A DNA stretch of 63,423 nt, counting the filler, from Reclinomonas americana ATCC 50394 (taxonomy: Eukaryota), in NCBI GenBank assembly GCA_048213135.1. It is 5 parts of 3 records of this genome, joined end to end, with 100 filler letters (N's around TTAATTAATTAA, not from the genome) between each part and the next. Parts side by side here need not be neighbours in the genome. Positions count along the whole stretch, not along the records: positions 55,007 to 63,423 come from PS015405.1; 4 more parts are not named here. The stretch is one strand, 5' to 3'. Shown here piece after piece: positions 60,980 to 63,423 of the stretch. The notes beneath the pieces were generated by a model, which made no database searches, was not told the DNA's origin, and saw only the letters and a program-made list of their open reading frames with translations. Every line of letters starts with the position of its first letter. The first letter of the stretch is position 1. The position numbers and the translations under genes are program-made.

Positions 60980-62790
60980 CTGCGAATAGGTCGTCGCAAA
61001 CTTGGAGTGAGTGCAAAAATGTGTGAAAGTGTGAGTGTTTGGTCTCTCCTTTTGTTCGTCTTTCTCTCTCCCTCCCTCTCTCTTCCCCATTCCTTTCCCT
61101 TCGCGCAACTTGTGATCCACATCAATATCACCACGCACAGTCACCGGCAGCACAAAGACGTCGTCCGACGACGCCGACTTGTACAGATCGGCGGTCTTCT
61201 CGTCGCCAGCGTAGACGACGAGGGAGATCTCCGAGTTGCCGCGAATGGCGTTGGCCGACACGATCCAGTTGACGGTGAACTTTCCGTCGGCCTCTGAGGC
61301 GCCCGAGCGGCCGCAGCTCACCGGCTTCTTCGGCTCGCCAGGGATGTGGCGCAGCTCGGCGTAGACGTTGGCGAGGGTCGAGTTGCCGGTCTTGAGCGGG
61401 GTGCCGGTGACGCTGTCCTCGAGCGAGAACTCGAACACAATGTCGTCGCCAAACTGCAGCTCGCGCTTCTCCACGCTCTTCGTCACCTCCTTGACGAAGG
61501 GGTGCGCGTTGACGCCCAGGCGGAACAGCTGGCCCTCCTCGACGTAGTTGTTCTCACCGCGGCCGAGCTCCACGGCCTCATCGTCGGCCGGGGCAAAGGC
61601 GAAGGAGATCACCGGCGATGAGATGAACTCGAACGTCGGCTCCACCTCGAACTCGAAGGTGTAACTGGGGCAACACAAAAGGGATTAGGACAAGGGAGAT
61701 AGAAGGGAAGGAAGGGAGAGGGAGAGGGAGAGGGAGAGGGAGAGGGAGAGGGAGAAAGAGAGAGGACTGAGAATTGGAATGTCGGATCACTGCGACCCAT
61801 ACCACCACAGACACGCGAAGTGCTTACGTGTGGCATGGAACAGTTAACACGGGAAATTGGCAATCCGTTATTCTTGGATCACAAAGGTGCAGCGTGCAAG
61901 CACGCCACACCACGGCGCATACGTCTAGCACTGAACAGCATTTCGCATAACACAAAAGAGACGCGCGCACCGGTGTCCGTAAAAGGGAAAGGAGGGGGAA
62001 ACGAGGGTGGGGGAGGGAGAGAGAGAGAGAGAGGAATGGAGGGAAAAGACAGGAGACGGAAGGGGCAAGTGGGAACGGGGGAAAGAAAGGCATTAGTTCC
62101 AGGGTACGAGGGCAGGAGAGGGGAGGGATAGAGTGCCCCTCCCTTCTACCTCAAAAACCCTTCCCCCACATAAATCCCTTCCCCTTCCACGCACGTGTCA
62201 GCCTCCTCCTCAGACTCGCCGCACTTGCTGGAGACGGTCTTGAAGACGTCGCCGGCCGGGGTAGCGAGGTTGAGCAGGAACTTGCGGGCGCAGAAGACGT
62301 CGGTGTCGTCAATCTGGTGAGCCAGCGGCGAGGCCTCGCCACTCTCGTCGACAATCACCGGGTTGATGGCAATGGTCACAGTATCGCCAATCCTGTGTGT
62401 CAAGATGAGAAGCCATCCATTACTTCGACGCCCTTGTGAGTCAGCGCAACTTGAACGACGGGCTCTCCTCCGTCACGCCGACAAACTCAATCGAGTCAGC
62501 GCGCAGGGTGTTCGGGTAGGTGTACTTGATGGTGCGCTCCGAGTGGTAGCCAGAGACGCCCTCGGTGTGCATGCGCCACTCGAAGCGGAGCGAGCCACCG
62601 GGAATGTTGGCCTCGCCCAGCTCAAAGGTGAACGGCGCGAGGCGAATGTCCTCGGCGCTCAGCTGGCGCTCGTCGCTCTTCAGTACGACACCGGACGGGT
62701 CGAGCACGCGGAACTCGACAGTCGAGGTCGGGAAGCTCTTGCCGACGCCGTCGTTGTCGTTGACGTCGACCTTGAATGTGTACTTGGTGT
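59061..62790 (-). CDS. Large type I ER membrane protein with several beta-sandwich luminal domains and a C-terminal TRAP-delta (SSR4)-like domain; 5' end beyond the window
   Basis: Five in-frame exons. The C-terminus TFVTT...STFTVEFRL...YQVSYSTLHNKLKSGQYVLDFY...PTFTVSLTH...TM...KKLTARN parallels SSR4 ([38 protein letters not shown], TM). Confidence 0.75.
61777..61978 (-). ncRNA. Candidate intronic box H/ACA RNA (~200 nt)
   Basis: Sense to the host intron. Hairpin 1 (GGACAC.GGTGCGCG...CGC.GCACC...GTGATCC), hinge AGAATA (ANANNA), hairpin 2 (CGGATT/GATCCG lower stem, CCATGCCAC/GTGGTATGG upper stem), then ACA plus 3 nt, with 14 nt from the upper stem to ACA. Confidence 0.5.
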
Positions 62791-63361
62791 CTATCAGGGA
62801 AAGGGGAAGGGGGGATAGGGGGTGAGGGGAAGGAGAGGGAGGGAAGGAGAAGGAAAAGAGCACAGAGAGCGTGGGAGAGATACAGAGACACAGCGAGAGA
62901 GAGAGAGAGACACACACACAAACACACAGAAAAAGAGAGAGATAGAGAGGGAGGGTGGAGACCGAGAAATAGAGCGAGAGGAAACGACATATACACAAAG
63001 AAAAAGAGAGGGGGAGACATAGAGCGAAATACACACGCACAAAGAGGGGCAAAGAGCGACAGCGAGACAGAGACACACAGTAAGAGTAACATGTAGCGAC
63101 ACACATACGAGAGAGACAAATATACACCCAGAGAGAAAGAGAGAAAGAGAGAAAGAGAGAGAGAGAGAGAGATAGGAGACGCACACAGAAAGAGACAAAG
63201 AGGGTGATAATTGCACAGGCATAAATAGAGGGAGGGAGTAATCGAGACACAACAAGAGAGAGCGACACCCAGATACAGAAAGAGGAGGGGAGAGAGAAAG
63301 CAAGGATGGAGAGATGAAATGACAGACACAGCAAGGGAGAGAGCGACACAGACAGACAGAC

Positions 63362-63408
<47 letters not shown>

Positions 63409-63423
63409 AGAGAGACAGAGTGA

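Overview
This is eukaryotic (protist-like), intron-rich nuclear DNA from a draft assembly. Four artificial 100-nt N44-TTAATTAATTAA-N44 linkers split it into five blocks, and it has many N gaps and microsatellites. Genes were reconstructed by hand-splicing, mostly at GT-AG introns, so exon boundaries are approximate. They are: a bacterial-type malate synthase G with a PTS2 signal, a GT37 fucosyltransferase-like protein with degenerate motifs, a PWWP+2xSAP chromatin protein, SAC3/GANP, UPF2, RRP41, RPF1, an intronless TauE/SafE transporter, a small secreted prepro-protein, two poorly characterised genes, and a large luminal protein ending in a TRAP-delta-like domain. The standout is a 7-exon NLR-like gene at 22442-26989 whose full architecture appears only after splicing. 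It reads ubiquitin-like domain, HEPN-like ribonuclease (RNAVVGH), NACHT NTPase, pentapeptide repeats, 12 near-identical WD40 repeats with hypervariable surface positions, and a C-terminal CaaX. It is a candidate sensor-activated RNase immune receptor. Other signals are candidate intronic H/ACA-type RNAs, strong purine/pyrimidine polarity of introns mirrored in exon codon usage, and introns grown by local tandem duplication. All homology calls come from motif recognition, not database searches.
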